Below, in pieces: positions 7,741 through 18,010 of a stretch of DNA of 58,377 bases; the first letter of the stretch is position 1; each line of letters opens with the position of its first letter. A program made the translations under genes and the position numbers. Location: the NCBI GenBank assembly GCA_049517335.1, contig JBEKSD010000012.1:1-58377 (forward strand). Direction: 5' to 3'. The stretch comes from Candidatus Omnitrophota bacterium. GTDB taxonomy: Bacteria > Omnitrophota > Gorgyraeia > Gygaellales > Profunditerraquicolaceae. Below the pieces are notes generated by a model that saw only the letters and a list, made by a program, of their open reading frames with translations, had not been told where the DNA came from and did no database searches.

Positions 7741-9801
7741 ATGCAAGACTTACCCCTGCGCTATTTAAAGGGTATCGGCCCCAAACGCGCCGAAATATTC
7801 TCATCGCTCGGTATTAATACCGTCGAAGACTTGCTTTATTATTTTCCCCGCCGTTATGAAGACCGCAGGAATCTCTCAACCATCTCAGCCTTGAAAGCAG
7901 GGGAAACCTACACCATAAAAGCTCAGGTCCTGCTTAAAAAAGAACGCAGGCCGTTCCGCGGGAAAGTATTCAGCATTATTGAAATAGAGGCGAGGGACGA
8001 TACGGGTACGGTTACCTGCGTATGGTTCAACCAGCCCTACGTTAAAAATTATTTTACCCCCGGTTCTACGGTAATTTTGCACGGGAAAGTTGAATCCTAC
8101 GGTTTAAGACTGCAGATGAGCAACCCTGAATTTGAGGTTGTCAACGAAGAAGATGAATCCCTCTGCGTAAACAGGATTGTTCCCGTTTATACCCTTCCCC
8201 AAGGTTTTACCCAGCGGCACTTCCGCCATTTGGTTAAGCTTGCCTTGGACGGGCATTTGCCTAAACTGCAGGATACACTGGCCTTTGATATAAGGAGCCG
8301 GCATAATCTCCTGAATTTAGCCCAGGCCCTCATTAACATACATTTCCCCAACTCGGATGAACTGCGCAGGCAAGCATATGAGCGGCTGGCTTTTGAGGAA
8401 TTTTTTCTTTTTGAGCTGCCGCTTATTTTGAGGAAATTAAAACGCAAAGAAAAGCGGGGTATTATCCATAAGATTGATGCTGAGTTTAGTGCTGCCTTTA
8501 TTAAGGGATTAGCCTTTGAATTAACGGATGCGCAAAAGAAAGTGGTAGAAGAAATAAGGCTGGATATGATGAAGCCGCAGACAATGCAGCGCCTGCTTCA
8601 GGGCGATGTGGGCTCAGGCAAAACCGTAGTTGCTTTAATTGCCGCTCTCTTTGCCATCGGCGGCGGGTATCAGGTTGCTTTCATGGTCCCGACGGAAATT
8701 TTGGCAAAGCAGCATTTTATAAAAATAAGTTTACAGGCAAAGCAAATCAGAATATGTTTATTAACTGGCAGCGCAAGCGCAAAAGACAAAGAAAAAGCGT
8801 ACCGGGGTATTAGGGAGGGTAGGATTAACCTGGTAATCGGAACCCATGCCTTGCTTGAGGAAGGCGTGGTTTTTAAGAATTTAGGGTTTGTGGTTATTGA
8901 CGAGCAGCATAAATTCGGAGTCAGCCAGCGTACCCTCCTGCCTAAAAAAGGGCCTAACCCGGATATTTTGATTATGACCGCTACCCCCATACCGCGCACC
9001 CTTGCTATAACTCTATATGGCGATTTGGATATTTCGGTTATAAATGAACTTCCTCCGGGTCGCAAGCCCGTTAGGACGCTCCATTTTGTTCCGGACGAGG
9101 TAGATAAAGCATATAATCTGGCAAAAGACGAGCTTAAAAAAGGAAGGCAGGCTTATATTATTTATCCCGTCATTGAAGAATCTTACGCTTTAGATATGCA
9201 GGGCGCAAAAAAAATGTTTGCCCGGTTAAGAAATAATGAGTTTAAAGGCTATCGCCTCGGGATTATCCATGGAAAAATGAAGGAAGCACAGCAGGATGAA
9301 ACAATGCGCAAATTCATAAACAGGGAGATTGACTTGTTAGTTTCAACTACCGTTTTAGAGGTAGGAATAGATATCCCTAACGCTACCTGCATGATTATAG
9401 AGAATACCGAGCGTTTCGGTCTTTCCCAGTTGCACCAGTTAAGGGGCAGGATAGGAAGGGGGGCTGAAGCTTCTGTCTGTATCCTTGTATCTGGTGCTGC
9501 GTCTCTTGAAGCCTCAAGCCGCATCAAGGCAATGGTTAATTTTTCCGACGGTTTCCGCATTGCCGAAGAAGACTTAAAGATCAGGGGGCCAGGTGAATTT
9601 TTCGGCAGCCGCCAGCACGGTTTAAGCGAGCTAAGGATAGGTGATCCTCTTCTCCAGATGCACCTGTTAAAGAGCGCCCGGGATGAAGCAATTAAACTGC
9701 TTAATAGCGATCCTGATTTAAGTCTGCGCCAGAATGCCCTGTTAAAAGAGAGGCTTCTAAAGAGGTTTCCTGAATATAAAAAGCTGATGACATCAGTGTA
9801 A
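7741..9801 (+). CDS. recG: ATP-dependent DNA helicase RecG
   Basis: Motifs LLQGDVGSGKT, DEQHKFG, MTATPIPRTL, QLHQLRGRIGRG and DLKIRGPGE. Confidence 0.97.
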   Translation: MQDLPLRYLKGIGPKRAEIFSSLGINTVEDLLYYFPRRYEDRRNLSTISALKAGETYTIKAQVLLKKERRPFRGKVFSIIEIEARDDTGTVTCVWFNQPYVKNYFTPGSTVILHGKVESYGLRLQMSNPEFEVVNEEDESLCVNRIVPVYTLPQGFTQRHFRHLVKLALDGHLPKLQDTLAFDIRSRHNLLNLAQALINIHFPNSDELRRQAYERLAFEEFFLFELPLILRKLKRKEKRGIIHKIDAEFSAAFIKGLAFELTDAQKKVVEEIRLDMMKPQTMQRLLQGDVGSGKTVVALIAALFAIGGGYQVAFMVPTEILAKQHFIKISLQAKQIRICLLTGSASAKDKEKAYRGIREGRINLVIGTHALLEEGVVFKNLGFVVIDEQHKFGVSQRTLLPKKGPNPDILIMTATPIPRTLAITLYGDLDISVINELPPGRKPVRTLHFVPDEVDKAYNLAKDELKKGRQAYIIYPVIEESYALDMQGAKKMFARLRNNEFKGYRLGIIHGKMKEAQQDETMRKFINREIDLLVSTTVLEVGIDIPNATCMIIENTERFGLSQLHQLRGRIGRGAEASVCILVSGAASLEASSRIKAMVNFSDGFRIAEEDLKIRGPGEFFGSRQHGLSELRIGDPLLQMHLLKSARDEAIKLLNSDPDLSLRQNALLKERLLKRFPEYKKLMTSV

Positions 9802-10962
9802 TAAATCTGTGGAGCCGGCTTCGTAGTTGGAAATATTCCTTAAGATAGGGTCGAATTTCTTAGGTTCAATCACCCTGATAATTAACCCCGAAAATAGCCT
9901 CAAGACAGGATTAAAAGTTTTTACCAGAATATAAAGGGGAATAAGTTTTGCCCCTAGCCGCACTTTAGGGTGATAATCTGTAACTCCTAGCTGATAGGTA
10001 GTTATACAGTTTTTAATGCAATAATCAATATTGTGGCAGAATGTGTTATGATACAAGTGGTATTTATGCGATAGTTGCCGGTCAAAGCCTATAAATTTAT
10101 CAATACAAACTTTATCTTTGATAAACATCAGGTTGAAAGCAACGATTTTGTTTTTATCTCTGGTTATAAATAGCTTGGCTACTTCTGGCATATTCTTAAA
10201 AATATTCCGGAAGAAATCCAAGGTTAGCCTTTCAAAAGATACCCCTGAATCTTGCAGGTTGTTAAGGTATAATCGGTAAACTTCGTTTTCTATCCCGGCC
10301 AGGTCATCCCGCAGCTCGGTCTTTAAAGTTGTAAGAGCGGCGGATTTCTTTAGTTTTCTCCTTAAGTCTTTTCTTGTGTTCGGCCCAAGGTTATTTACGT
10401 ATTCCTGAAGGGAGCAGACATTGATTTTTATTACCGAATTCGGGAAGCTTTCCATTAATTTAAAACCTTTTGCTTTAAGGTTAAATATCAATCGGCTGTT
10501 TTTCTTTGTCAGGTTGTAAAATAATATGGAGCTTATTTTCTTTTGGGCTAAAAAGCCGTGTAGTTTATTTACGGCTTCTTCGGCGATAAGGTTGAGATTT
10601 TCATCTTTGGAGCAGCCTAAATAGATTTCTTCCGCAGCGAGGGATCCGACAAAAAGAAGGTGCATTTTAAGAAAACGGTGGAATACTTTTTGGATGTTAA
10701 ATATTATTTTTTCTAAGGGATCAGGGAACAATGTGGCGAAGGAAAAGTCGGTTGTAAAGAAGGGGAATATAGCTACTATCTTTTGGTTACGTTTTGCTAT
10801 CAGGTAATAAAAGGAAAATTCTCTTAAATGGGATTCTTCAAGGGTTTTATGATAACCGTAGCCTTCAATAATGTCTTTCCCGAAAAGATTATCCCAATCG
10901 TTGGACGGTATGTCATTGATGGAGGTAAGGATTAAATATTCCAATCCACTGTTTTTATCCAT
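9793..10962 (-). CDS. GNAT-fold / FemAB-like (DUF482-type) acyltransferase
   Basis: Tandem GNAT-like pattern: 'W..L', 'S..EY...L....RKDLRRKLKK', 'DFF', 'YH.K.RLGA'. Confidence 0.65.
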   Translation of the reverse strand: MDKNSGLEYLILTSINDIPSNDWDNLFGKDIIEGYGYHKTLEESHLREFSFYYLIAKRNQKIVAIFPFFTTDFSFATLFPDPLEKIIFNIQKVFHRFLKMHLLFVGSLAAEEIYLGCSKDENLNLIAEEAVNKLHGFLAQKKISSILFYNLTKKNSRLIFNLKAKGFKLMESFPNSVIKINVCSLQEYVNNLGPNTRKDLRRKLKKSAALTTLKTELRDDLAGIENEVYRLYLNNLQDSGVSFERLTLDFFRNIFKNMPEVAKLFITRDKNKIVAFNLMFIKDKVCIDKFIGFDRQLSHKYHLYHNTFCHNIDYCIKNCITTYQLGVTDYHPKVRLGAKLIPLYILVKTFNPVLRLFSGLIIRVIEPKKFDPILRNISNYEAGSTDLLH

Positions 10963-11065
10963 GGGGATAGATTATAACAAAAAAGACAAAGCCCAACAAC
11001 AAAAAGTTTTTACCGGGATAAGCTCTTGCCAGCCGGATATTCCATGCTATAATTATTAACCTAAA

Positions 11066-11605
11066 ATGAAGATAATCACGGGAATCCATAAAACTAGGAA
11101 TATCGTAATGCCTAAGGGCATCAGGCCGACGCAGAATAAGGTAAGGAAAGCGATTTTTGACATCTTAGGGGATGTTAACGGGTTGTCTTTCTTAGAGCTT
11201 TTTGCCGGCTCAGGAGCCGTAGGTTTTGAGGCCCTTTCCCGAGGCGCTTCAGGAGTAGTATTAGTTGAGGAAAACCGCGCCTGCCAAATGGCAATAAACG
11301 GCAATATTCAGGCTTTAAAGGTAGAAAATTGCCGGTTAATCCCGGGGAAGGCAGAAAATGCCATACCGTTTTTGCAAAAAAGCAGCAGGAAATTTGATGT
11401 AATCTTCATGGATCCACCTTATAATAAGGATTTGTCAAAAAAAACCTTGCAAATTCTGGGTGCCTATGATATATTAGCGCCCAATGCTTTTGTGATAGTC
11501 CAGCATTTTAAGAGCGATAAGCTGGATGAAGAGGCCGCAGGGTTGCGCTTAATAAAGAAAGCTAAGTACGGCGATACCCTGCTTTCATTCTACCAGAAAG
11601 AGTAA
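11066..11605 (+). CDS. rsmD: 16S rRNA m2G966 methyltransferase RsmD
   Basis: Motifs IRPT..KVRKAIF, LELFAGSGAVGFEALSRGA and FMDPPY. Confidence 0.93.
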   Translation: MKIITGIHKTRNIVMPKGIRPTQNKVRKAIFDILGDVNGLSFLELFAGSGAVGFEALSRGASGVVLVEENRACQMAINGNIQALKVENCRLIPGKAENAIPFLQKSSRKFDVIFMDPPYNKDLSKKTLQILGAYDILAPNAFVIVQHFKSDKLDEEAAGLRLIKKAKYGDTLLSFYQKE

Positions 11606-11615
11606 GCTAAAAAAA

Positions 11616-12149
11616 ATGTGCCAAAAAGCAATATATCCTGGGACATTTGACCCGGTTACTTTCGGCCACATAGATTTAATCAATAGGGCGCAGGAGATTT
11701 TCTCTGAAGTCATTGTCGTAGTTTCCCATAATCCCCACAAAAATCCTCTTTTTGACGTAAATGAAAGGGTGGCTTTCCTGAAAAAAGCGACCTCGGATTT
11801 AAAAGGGGTTGAGGTAACCGATTTTGAAGGCCTGAGCGTTGATTTTGCCAGAAAGAACAAGGCGAAAGTTTTAATCCGGGGCCTGCGCATGGTTTCGGAT
11901 TTTGAATATGAATTCCAGATGGCTTTAACCAACAGGAAATTTGCTCCGGATATAGAAACTATATTTCTGATGCCGCACGAATCCTACAGCTACCTTTCTT
12001 CCAAGCTTCTGAAGGAAGCCGCAACTTTAGGCGCGGATATTTCAAGCTATGTCCCTGATTTCGTTGAGAAAGCCTTGAAAGATAAATTACACAATAGAAG
12101 TGAAGATAGAAATAAGACAGATACCCCCCGAAGGCTTAATTCTCCATGA
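11616..12149 (+). CDS. coaD: Phosphopantetheine adenylyltransferase
   Basis: Motifs YPGTFDPVTFGHID and RGLRMVSDFEYE. Confidence 0.96.
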   Translation: MCQKAIYPGTFDPVTFGHIDLINRAQEIFSEVIVVVSHNPHKNPLFDVNERVAFLKKATSDLKGVEVTDFEGLSVDFARKNKAKVLIRGLRMVSDFEYEFQMALTNRKFAPDIETIFLMPHESYSYLSSKLLKEAATLGADISSYVPDFVEKALKDKLHNRSEDRNKTDTPRRLNSP

Positions 12150-12513
12150 AGAGATCGCCGCCCGGGATTTAGACCTTGAGACTGAGACAATATCATTTCA
12201 GTCTCCGATAAAAGTAGAGGCGCGCGCCCTTCGTATAACCAATACGATAGTAATACGCCTTAATATTACCGGCGCAATGAGTGTGCTCTGCAGCAGGTGT
12301 TTGGTTGATTTTGATATTGAAATAAATAAAGGGCTGGACCTTAATTTCCCGCTGGATAAATCAGCGAGGTTTATTGAGCTTGATACCGATATTAGGGAAG
12401 AGATAATCGTAGATTATCCGATGAAGCCCTTATGCCGTAGCGATTGTAACGGGCTCTGCCCGAAATGCGGCCAGAATTTAAACGAAGGAGGATGTTCCTG
12501 TGGCACTACCTAA
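12100..12513 (+). CDS. DUF177/YceD family protein
   Basis: CSRCL and LCRSDCNGLCPKCG motifs, in the conserved position before rpmF. Confidence 0.88.
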   Translation: MKIEIRQIPPEGLILHEEIAARDLDLETETISFQSPIKVEARALRITNTIVIRLNITGAMSVLCSRCLVDFDIEINKGLDLNFPLDKSARFIELDTDIREEIIVDYPMKPLCRSDCNGLCPKCGQNLNEGGCSCGTT

Positions 12514-12703
12514 AAGAAGACATTCCGCTGCGCGCGGACGCAAGCGTCGGACACACTGGAAAATAGCCAAGACCACTTTATCACCGTGCCCGCAATGTAA
12601 GAGCCCTAAGCTTGCGCATAAAGTCTGCCTTGTTTGCGGTTATTATAACGGCAGGCAGGTCATTGAAATTAAAATACGAGAGAAGAAAAAGAAGGCCCAT
12701 TAA
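12500..12703 (+). CDS. rpmF: 50S ribosomal protein L32
   Basis: MALPKRRHS...CPQC...HKVCLVCGYY. Confidence 0.96.
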   Translation: MALPKRRHSAARGRKRRTHWKIAKTTLSPCPQCKSPKLAHKVCLVCGYYNGRQVIEIKIREKKKKAH

Positions 12704-12705
12704 CT

Positions 12706-13695
12706 ATGAAGATAATAGTTGATGCTATGGGAGGCGACTACGCGCCCGCTGTCGTAATTACAGGGACAATTGAGGCGGTAGAAGAGTACGATGCCAATGT
12801 AGTGCTTGTGGGAGACGAGGCTAAGATCGGCTCGCTCCTTAAGAAAACCAGGTATAAAGGCAATAATATTTCAATACATCCCGCGCCGGAAGTTATCGGT
12901 ATGGACGAGCCGGCTGCGACAAGCGTGCGGCGCAAGAGGAATTCTTCCATTGTCCTTGGAGTTAACCTTGTAAAAGAGGGGGTGGGAGATGCGTTTTTCA
13001 GCGCCGGTAACACCGGGGCCGTAGTGTGCGCAGCAACCTTGGGGTTGGGGCTCCTGCCCGGAGTTGAGCGTCCGGGCATTGCAATAGTTACTCCTACTCT
13101 GCACGGGATTTCCCTGATTATTGATGTGGGGGCGAATATAGACCCGAAGCCCACCCAGCTACTGCAGTACGGGATAATGGGGGCTGCATATTTTCAATAT
13201 ATATTAGGCCGCGAAAACCCCAAAGTGGGCCTTCTTAATATAGGAGAAGAGGAAGCCAAAGGGACGGATTTTATCAAGGAAACGTTTGAGCTGCTTGAAA
13301 AGAGCAGCCTTAATTTTATCGGTAACGTTGAAGGAAGGGACCTTTTTTCGGGAAAATGCGACGTAATCATCTGCGACGGTTTTGTGGGGAATGTAGCTTT
13401 AAAAGTTGCCGAGAGCGCCGCAGAGACCATGCAGAGGTTCTTAAAGCGCCATCTTCTAAGCAACCCTTTAGGAAAAATCGGTTTGTTCTTTCTAATGCCC
13501 AGTTTGAAGCGTTTTAAAAAAGATCTTGATTATGCCGAATACGGCGGAGCGCCTTTAATGGGCGTAAACGGCGTGGTAATCATAGGCCACGGCCGCTCCA
13601 ATAAAAAAGCGATAAAGAATGCCATACGCGTTGCCAAAGAAGAAGTAGAGAGGAAGTTTAACGAAAAAATATTAGAGGCGATTGGGAAGAAATAA
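12706..13695 (+). CDS. plsX: Phosphate acyltransferase PlsX
   Basis: Motifs VDAMGGDYAP, SAGNTGA, DGFVGNVALK and GGAPLMGVNG. Confidence 0.96.
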   Translation: MKIIVDAMGGDYAPAVVITGTIEAVEEYDANVVLVGDEAKIGSLLKKTRYKGNNISIHPAPEVIGMDEPAATSVRRKRNSSIVLGVNLVKEGVGDAFFSAGNTGAVVCAATLGLGLLPGVERPGIAIVTPTLHGISLIIDVGANIDPKPTQLLQYGIMGAAYFQYILGRENPKVGLLNIGEEEAKGTDFIKETFELLEKSSLNFIGNVEGRDLFSGKCDVIICDGFVGNVALKVAESAAETMQRFLKRHLLSNPLGKIGLFFLMPSLKRFKKDLDYAEYGGAPLMGVNGVVIIGHGRSNKKAIKNAIRVAKEEVERKFNEKILEAIGKK

Positions 13696-13762
13696 CCCTT
13701 CGCATTTACTCAGGGTCATCCTGAGCGAGTGACGAACTAAGAGAGGAACGAGTCGAAGGATG
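13696..13762. repeat. REP-like palindromic element between plsX and fabH
   Basis: Outer stem CCTTCG...CGAAGG and inner stem CTCAGG-GTCAT-CCTGAG. Resembles GTCATCCTGAGCG..GTCGAAGGA repeats. Confidence 0.55.
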
Positions 13763-14737
13763 AAAAAAGTAGGCATAATCGGGTTAGGTGAGTATCTGCC
13801 GAAAAAAGTTTTGACTAACGCTGATCTTGAAAAGATGGTTGATACTTCCGATGAATGGATTACTACCCGCACCGGTATCAAGGAAAGGCGCTTGGTAGCA
13901 GCGGATGAAGCTACTTCCGACTTAGCATATGCAGCTACGAAAGAAGCGCTTCTTAACGCCCGCCTTCAACCGGAAGACCTGGAACTGATTATTGTCGCCA
14001 CAATTACTCCCGATATGCCGTTTCCTTCCACGGCCTCTATCCTGCAGAATATGCTGGGCGCAAAGCGCGCGGTTTGTTTTGATATTTCCGCAGCCTGCGC
14101 CGGCTTTATTTACGCATTATCCGTAGCGCACCAGTTTATCGCAAGAGGGGCTTATAAAAACGCTTTAATCGTGGGAGCGGAAACTCTATCCGTCATCACC
14201 GATTGGCAGGACCGCAATACCTGCGTTTTGTTCGGTGACGGTGCAGGGGCTGCGGTTTTGGCCCCGGTTGCTTCGGGAGGAATCCTTTCAACGTATTTGG
14301 GTTGCGACGGCTCAAGGGTAGACCTGCTGAATATGCCGGCCGGAGGCTCAAGGAAACCCGCTTCTAAAGAAACCATTGAGTGCCGACAGCATTATATAAG
14401 AATGCAGGGGAACGATCTTTTTAAAATTGCCGTTAAGACCATGACTGAGGCAGCACGGATTGTTTTAAAACAGGCAAGATTGACTTTTTCCGATGTAGAC
14501 TTGATTATACCCCATCAGGCCAATGCCCGGATTATTACGGCCGTAGGCAAGAAACTAGGTATCTCTCCTGAAAAAATATTCATTAACATTGAGAAACATG
14601 GCAATATTTCGTCTGCTTCAACAGCTACGGCTTTATGCGAAGCAGCCAAAGAAGGAAGGATTAAAAAGGGGGATATTGTCCTGCTGGATGCTTTCGGAGC
14701 CGGCTTAGTTTGGGGCGCCTGCGTAATTAAATGGTAG
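13760..14737 (+). CDS. fabH: 3-oxoacyl-ACP synthase III
   Basis: Catalytic triad motifs AACAGF, PHQAN and GN, plus DTSDEWITTRTGI. Confidence 0.96.
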   Translation: MKKVGIIGLGEYLPKKVLTNADLEKMVDTSDEWITTRTGIKERRLVAADEATSDLAYAATKEALLNARLQPEDLELIIVATITPDMPFPSTASILQNMLGAKRAVCFDISAACAGFIYALSVAHQFIARGAYKNALIVGAETLSVITDWQDRNTCVLFGDGAGAAVLAPVASGGILSTYLGCDGSRVDLLNMPAGGSRKPASKETIECRQHYIRMQGNDLFKIAVKTMTEAARIVLKQARLTFSDVDLIIPHQANARIITAVGKKLGISPEKIFINIEKHGNISSASTATALCEAAKEGRIKKGDIVLLDAFGAGLVWGACVIKW

Positions 14738-15633
14738 GGTATTTATTTGCCGGCCAGGGTAGTCAATATAAAGGTATGGGAAAAGACCTGTATGAATCTT
14801 TTCCCGAAGCAAAAGCGGTCTTTGATAAAGCGGATCAAGTTCTGGGGTTTTCTTTAAGTAAACTGTGTTTTGAAGGGTCACAGGAAGAACTTACCAAAAC
14901 AAATAACTGTCAGCCTGCGATTGTCACTACGACCATTGCGGCATGGGAAGCCTTTAAGTCAGTTAATAGGGTAGAAGCTGATGCTTATGCTGCGGGTTTG
15001 AGTTTAGGGGAATACTCGGCTTTAGTTGCTTCCGCTGCAATAAAATTTGAAGACGCGGTTTACTTGGTCAGGCGTCGGGGAGAATTCATGGAAGAGGAAG
15101 CCCGTAAGCAACCCGGCAAGATGCTTTCCATAATCGGGCTGGAGTATGCGCAGGTTAAGCAGGTTTGTGATGAGGCGCTTGTTGAAATAGCCAACTTAAA
15201 CTCACCCGGTCAGATTGTAGTTTCCGGCGGAGCTGATAATATTTTAAAAGCCCAGAGTCTAGCAAAGGACAAAGGGGCAAAGCTGGCTCTTATTTTGGAT
15301 GTGAGCGGTGCATTCCACTCTTCATTTATGAGCGGTGTTTCCCTTAAGTTAGCGCAAGAGCTGGAAAAGATAGAGATAAATGTTCCTAAAATTCCCGTAA
15401 TTTGCAACGTTAGCGCAAAACCGGCGCTTTCAGTCAGGGAAATTAAGGATAATTTAATCAGGCAGATTGCTTCTAGCGTCCTTTGGGAGGATTCAATGAA
15501 ATTTATGTTATTACGCGGGGTTAAAAATTTCATTGAATTCGGCCCGGGAAAAGTTTTGAAAGGGCTTATGTACAGGATTTCACCCGCAAGTCCTGTTTTA
15601 ACGGTTGAAAAAAAAGAAGACATAGGTACATAA
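14731..15633 (+). CDS. fabD: Malonyl-CoA:ACP transacylase
   Basis: Motifs [22 protein letters not shown] and EFGPGKVL. Confidence 0.96.
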   Translation: MVGYLFAGQGSQYKGMGKDLYESFPEAKAVFDKADQVLGFSLSKLCFEGSQEELTKTNNCQPAIVTTTIAAWEAFKSVNRVEADAYAAGLSLGEYSALVASAAIKFEDAVYLVRRRGEFMEEEARKQPGKMLSIIGLEYAQVKQVCDEALVEIANLNSPGQIVVSGGADNILKAQSLAKDKGAKLALILDVSGAFHSSFMSGVSLKLAQELEKIEINVPKIPVICNVSAKPALSVREIKDNLIRQIASSVLWEDSMKFMLLRGVKNFIEFGPGKVLKGLMYRISPASPVLTVEKKEDIGT

Positions 15634-15644
15634 GGAGCATAAAA

Positions 15645-16388
15645 ATGAGACTTAAAGATAAAGTTGCAGTGATAACTGGCGGGGCAAGAGGGATAGGCAA
15701 GGCCATAGCTGTTGCTTATGCCAGGGAAGGCGCGGATATTGTCGTAGCCGATGTCAACCCGGAAGAAGCGGAAAAAACCGCAAAAGAAATTGAAGGCCTT
15801 GGAAGGAAAGCCCTTGCGCTTACTATGGATGTGACGGATTACGCGAAAGTGGAGGAAGCGGTCAATAAAATTCTTGACAAATTCGCAAAGATTGATATAC
15901 TTGTCAACAATGCCGGCATAACCAAGGATAATCTGCTCTTAAGGATGAGCCAGGCGGAATGGGATGCGGTCCTGAATGTCAACCTAAAAGGGACTTTTAA
16001 TTGCATCAGGGCGGTTTCCCGCACGATGATTAAGCAAAGAAGCGGCAGGATTATAAGTATCGCTTCTATAATCGGCCTGATCGGTAACCCTGGGCAGGCA
16101 AATTACTCTGCTTCAAAAGCAGGAATAATTGCTCTGACTAAAACTGCGGCGAAGGAATTAGCCAGCCGCAATATCAACGTAAATGCCGTAGCTCCCGGTT
16201 TCATCCAGACAGATATGACCGCAAAGCTATCGGAAGAGTTGAAACAGAAAATGCTCTCGGCCATCCCCCTGAATAAACTGGGGAGTCCGGATGATGTGGC
16301 TGCGATGTGTTTGTTTTTAGCGTCCGAAGATTCGGGCTATATAACCGGTCAGACAATAGTTGTGGACGGTGGCATGGTTATGGCATAA
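15645..16388 (+). CDS. fabG: 3-oxoacyl-ACP reductase
   Basis: Motifs [16 protein letters not shown] and YSASK. Confidence 0.96.
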   Translation: MRLKDKVAVITGGARGIGKAIAVAYAREGADIVVADVNPEEAEKTAKEIEGLGRKALALTMDVTDYAKVEEAVNKILDKFAKIDILVNNAGITKDNLLLRMSQAEWDAVLNVNLKGTFNCIRAVSRTMIKQRSGRIISIASIIGLIGNPGQANYSASKAGIIALTKTAAKELASRNINVNAVAPGFIQTDMTAKLSEELKQKMLSAIPLNKLGSPDDVAAMCLFLASEDSGYITGQTIVVDGGMVMA

Positions 16389-16415
16389 AGGTTTCTTAAA
16401 CAAGGAGGAATAAGA

Positions 16416-16655
16416 ATGGCAGTACAAGATAAAGTGAAGTCAATTATAGCGGAGCAATTGGGCGTTAAGCCTGAGGAAGTAACGCCGGAAGCGTCTTTTG
16501 TGGATGATTTAGGCGCAGATTCCCTGGATACGGTTGAACTGGTAATGGCGTTAGAGGAAGAATTTGGCATTGAAATCCCTGATGAGGACGCAGAAAAGAT
16601 TACTACTGTCGGTGACGCAGTCAAGTATATTGAAGATAAAACCGCAGGTAAGTAA
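16416..16655 (+). CDS. acpP: Acyl carrier protein
   Basis: [14 protein letters not shown]. Confidence 0.97.
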   Translation: MAVQDKVKSIIAEQLGVKPEEVTPEASFVDDLGADSLDTVELVMALEEEFGIEIPDEDAEKITTVGDAVKYIEDKTAGK

Positions 16656-16686
16656 TTTTAATAAAATAGATTGATTACGGAAGTCA

Positions 16687-16721
16687 TTACCCCGCCTTTT
16701 CATTTCGGCGGGGTAAGTTTT
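16687..16721 (+). terminator. Hairpin/terminator between acpP and fabF
   Basis: TTACCCCGCC / GGCGGGGTAA 10-bp stem followed by GTTTT. Confidence 0.6.
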
Positions 16722-16743
16722 ATAGGGAGAGGATATTAAGTTC

Positions 16744-17988
16744 ATGCTGGAAAGAAGAGTCGTAGTTACGGGTTTAGGTATGCTTAGCGCAGTGGGTAAC
16801 AACGTTGCCGACTGCTGGAAAGCATTACAGGAAGGTAAAAGCGGTATCGCAACGATTACCTCTTTTGACGCCGCGAAATTCGATTCCCGTATTGCCGGAG
16901 AGGTTAAGGGTTTTGACCCGCTCGCCTATGGTATGAATTCTAAAGACGTAAAGCGTATGGACAAGTTCAGCCTTTACGCTGTAGCCTGCGCAAAGGATGC
17001 AATCAAGGACGCGGGCTTAATCTTGGATAAGATAGACAGGAATAGGTTCGGCGTTATAATCGGCTCAGGCATAGGTAGTTTGCATACTATCGAAGTTGAA
17101 CATAAAGTTTTTCTTGCTAAGGGACCCTCAAGGCTTTCGCCGTTTTTAATCCCTATGCTTATTGTTAACGGGGCAAGCGGACAGGTTGCTATTCATTTAG
17201 GCTTACGCGGCCCTAATTCAGCGGTAGCTACAGCATGCGCTTCGGGTTCCCATGCCATAGGGGATGCGTTTAAAATAATTGAGCGCGGTGATGCAGATTT
17301 GATGATTACCGGAGGGACGGAAAGCTGCATCGTTGCGACCGGCGTAGGCGGTTTCTGCGCGTTAAAGTCGCTTTCTACCAGGAATAATGAGCCTGAAAAG
17401 GCGTGTAGGCCGTTTGATAAAGAGCGTGATGGTTTCATTATTGCGGAAGGCTGCGGTTTGGTGGTTTTGGAAAGTTTGGAACATGCTAAAAAGAGAGGGG
17501 CGCATATTTACGCAGAAATTTCCGGTTACGGCATGTCCTGTGACGCCTATCATATGACCGCACCCGAACCAACCGGCGACGGGCCGGCAAGGTCTATGAA
17601 TTTAGCCTTGGAAGACGCACAGCTTAATCCTGAAGATATTGATTATATTAACGCCCACGGAACGTCCACAAAATTAAATGATAAAGTAGAAACAATTGCG
17701 ATTAAAAAGTCTTTTGGCGCTCATTCCGGTAAGGTGATGATTTCTTCAACTAAATCCATGACTGGGCATCCATTGGGTGCTGCCGGCGGAATTGAATTCG
17801 CTGTCTGCTGTCTTGTTATAAAATACGGAATTATCCCGCCCACAATTAATTATGAACACCCTGATCCTGAATGCGATTTGGATTACGTTCCTAATACCGC
17901 AAGGAAAGTTCCTGTTAAGGCCTGCCTTTCCAATTCTTTAGGTTTTGGCGGGCACAACGCTACTCTCATTGTTAAAAAATTAGGCTAA
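16744..17988 (+). CDS. fabF: 3-oxoacyl-ACP synthase II
   Basis: Motifs [19 protein letters not shown] and [10 protein letters not shown]. Confidence 0.96.
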   Translation: MLERRVVVTGLGMLSAVGNNVADCWKALQEGKSGIATITSFDAAKFDSRIAGEVKGFDPLAYGMNSKDVKRMDKFSLYAVACAKDAIKDAGLILDKIDRNRFGVIIGSGIGSLHTIEVEHKVFLAKGPSRLSPFLIPMLIVNGASGQVAIHLGLRGPNSAVATACASGSHAIGDAFKIIERGDADLMITGGTESCIVATGVGGFCALKSLSTRNNEPEKACRPFDKERDGFIIAEGCGLVVLESLEHAKKRGAHIYAEISGYGMSCDAYHMTAPEPTGDGPARSMNLALEDAQLNPEDIDYINAHGTSTKLNDKVETIAIKKSFGAHSGKVMISSTKSMTGHPLGAAGGIEFAVCCLVIKYGIIPPTINYEHPDPECDLDYVPNTARKVPVKACLSNSLGFGGHNATLIVKKLG

Positions 17989-18010
17989 AAGGTTTTTATT
18001 GTTAATTAAA

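Noticed and set aside
7519-7746. 75-aa minus-strand ORF
   Set aside because: It runs through two promoters and a terminator and has no RBS. An sRNA explains the region better.
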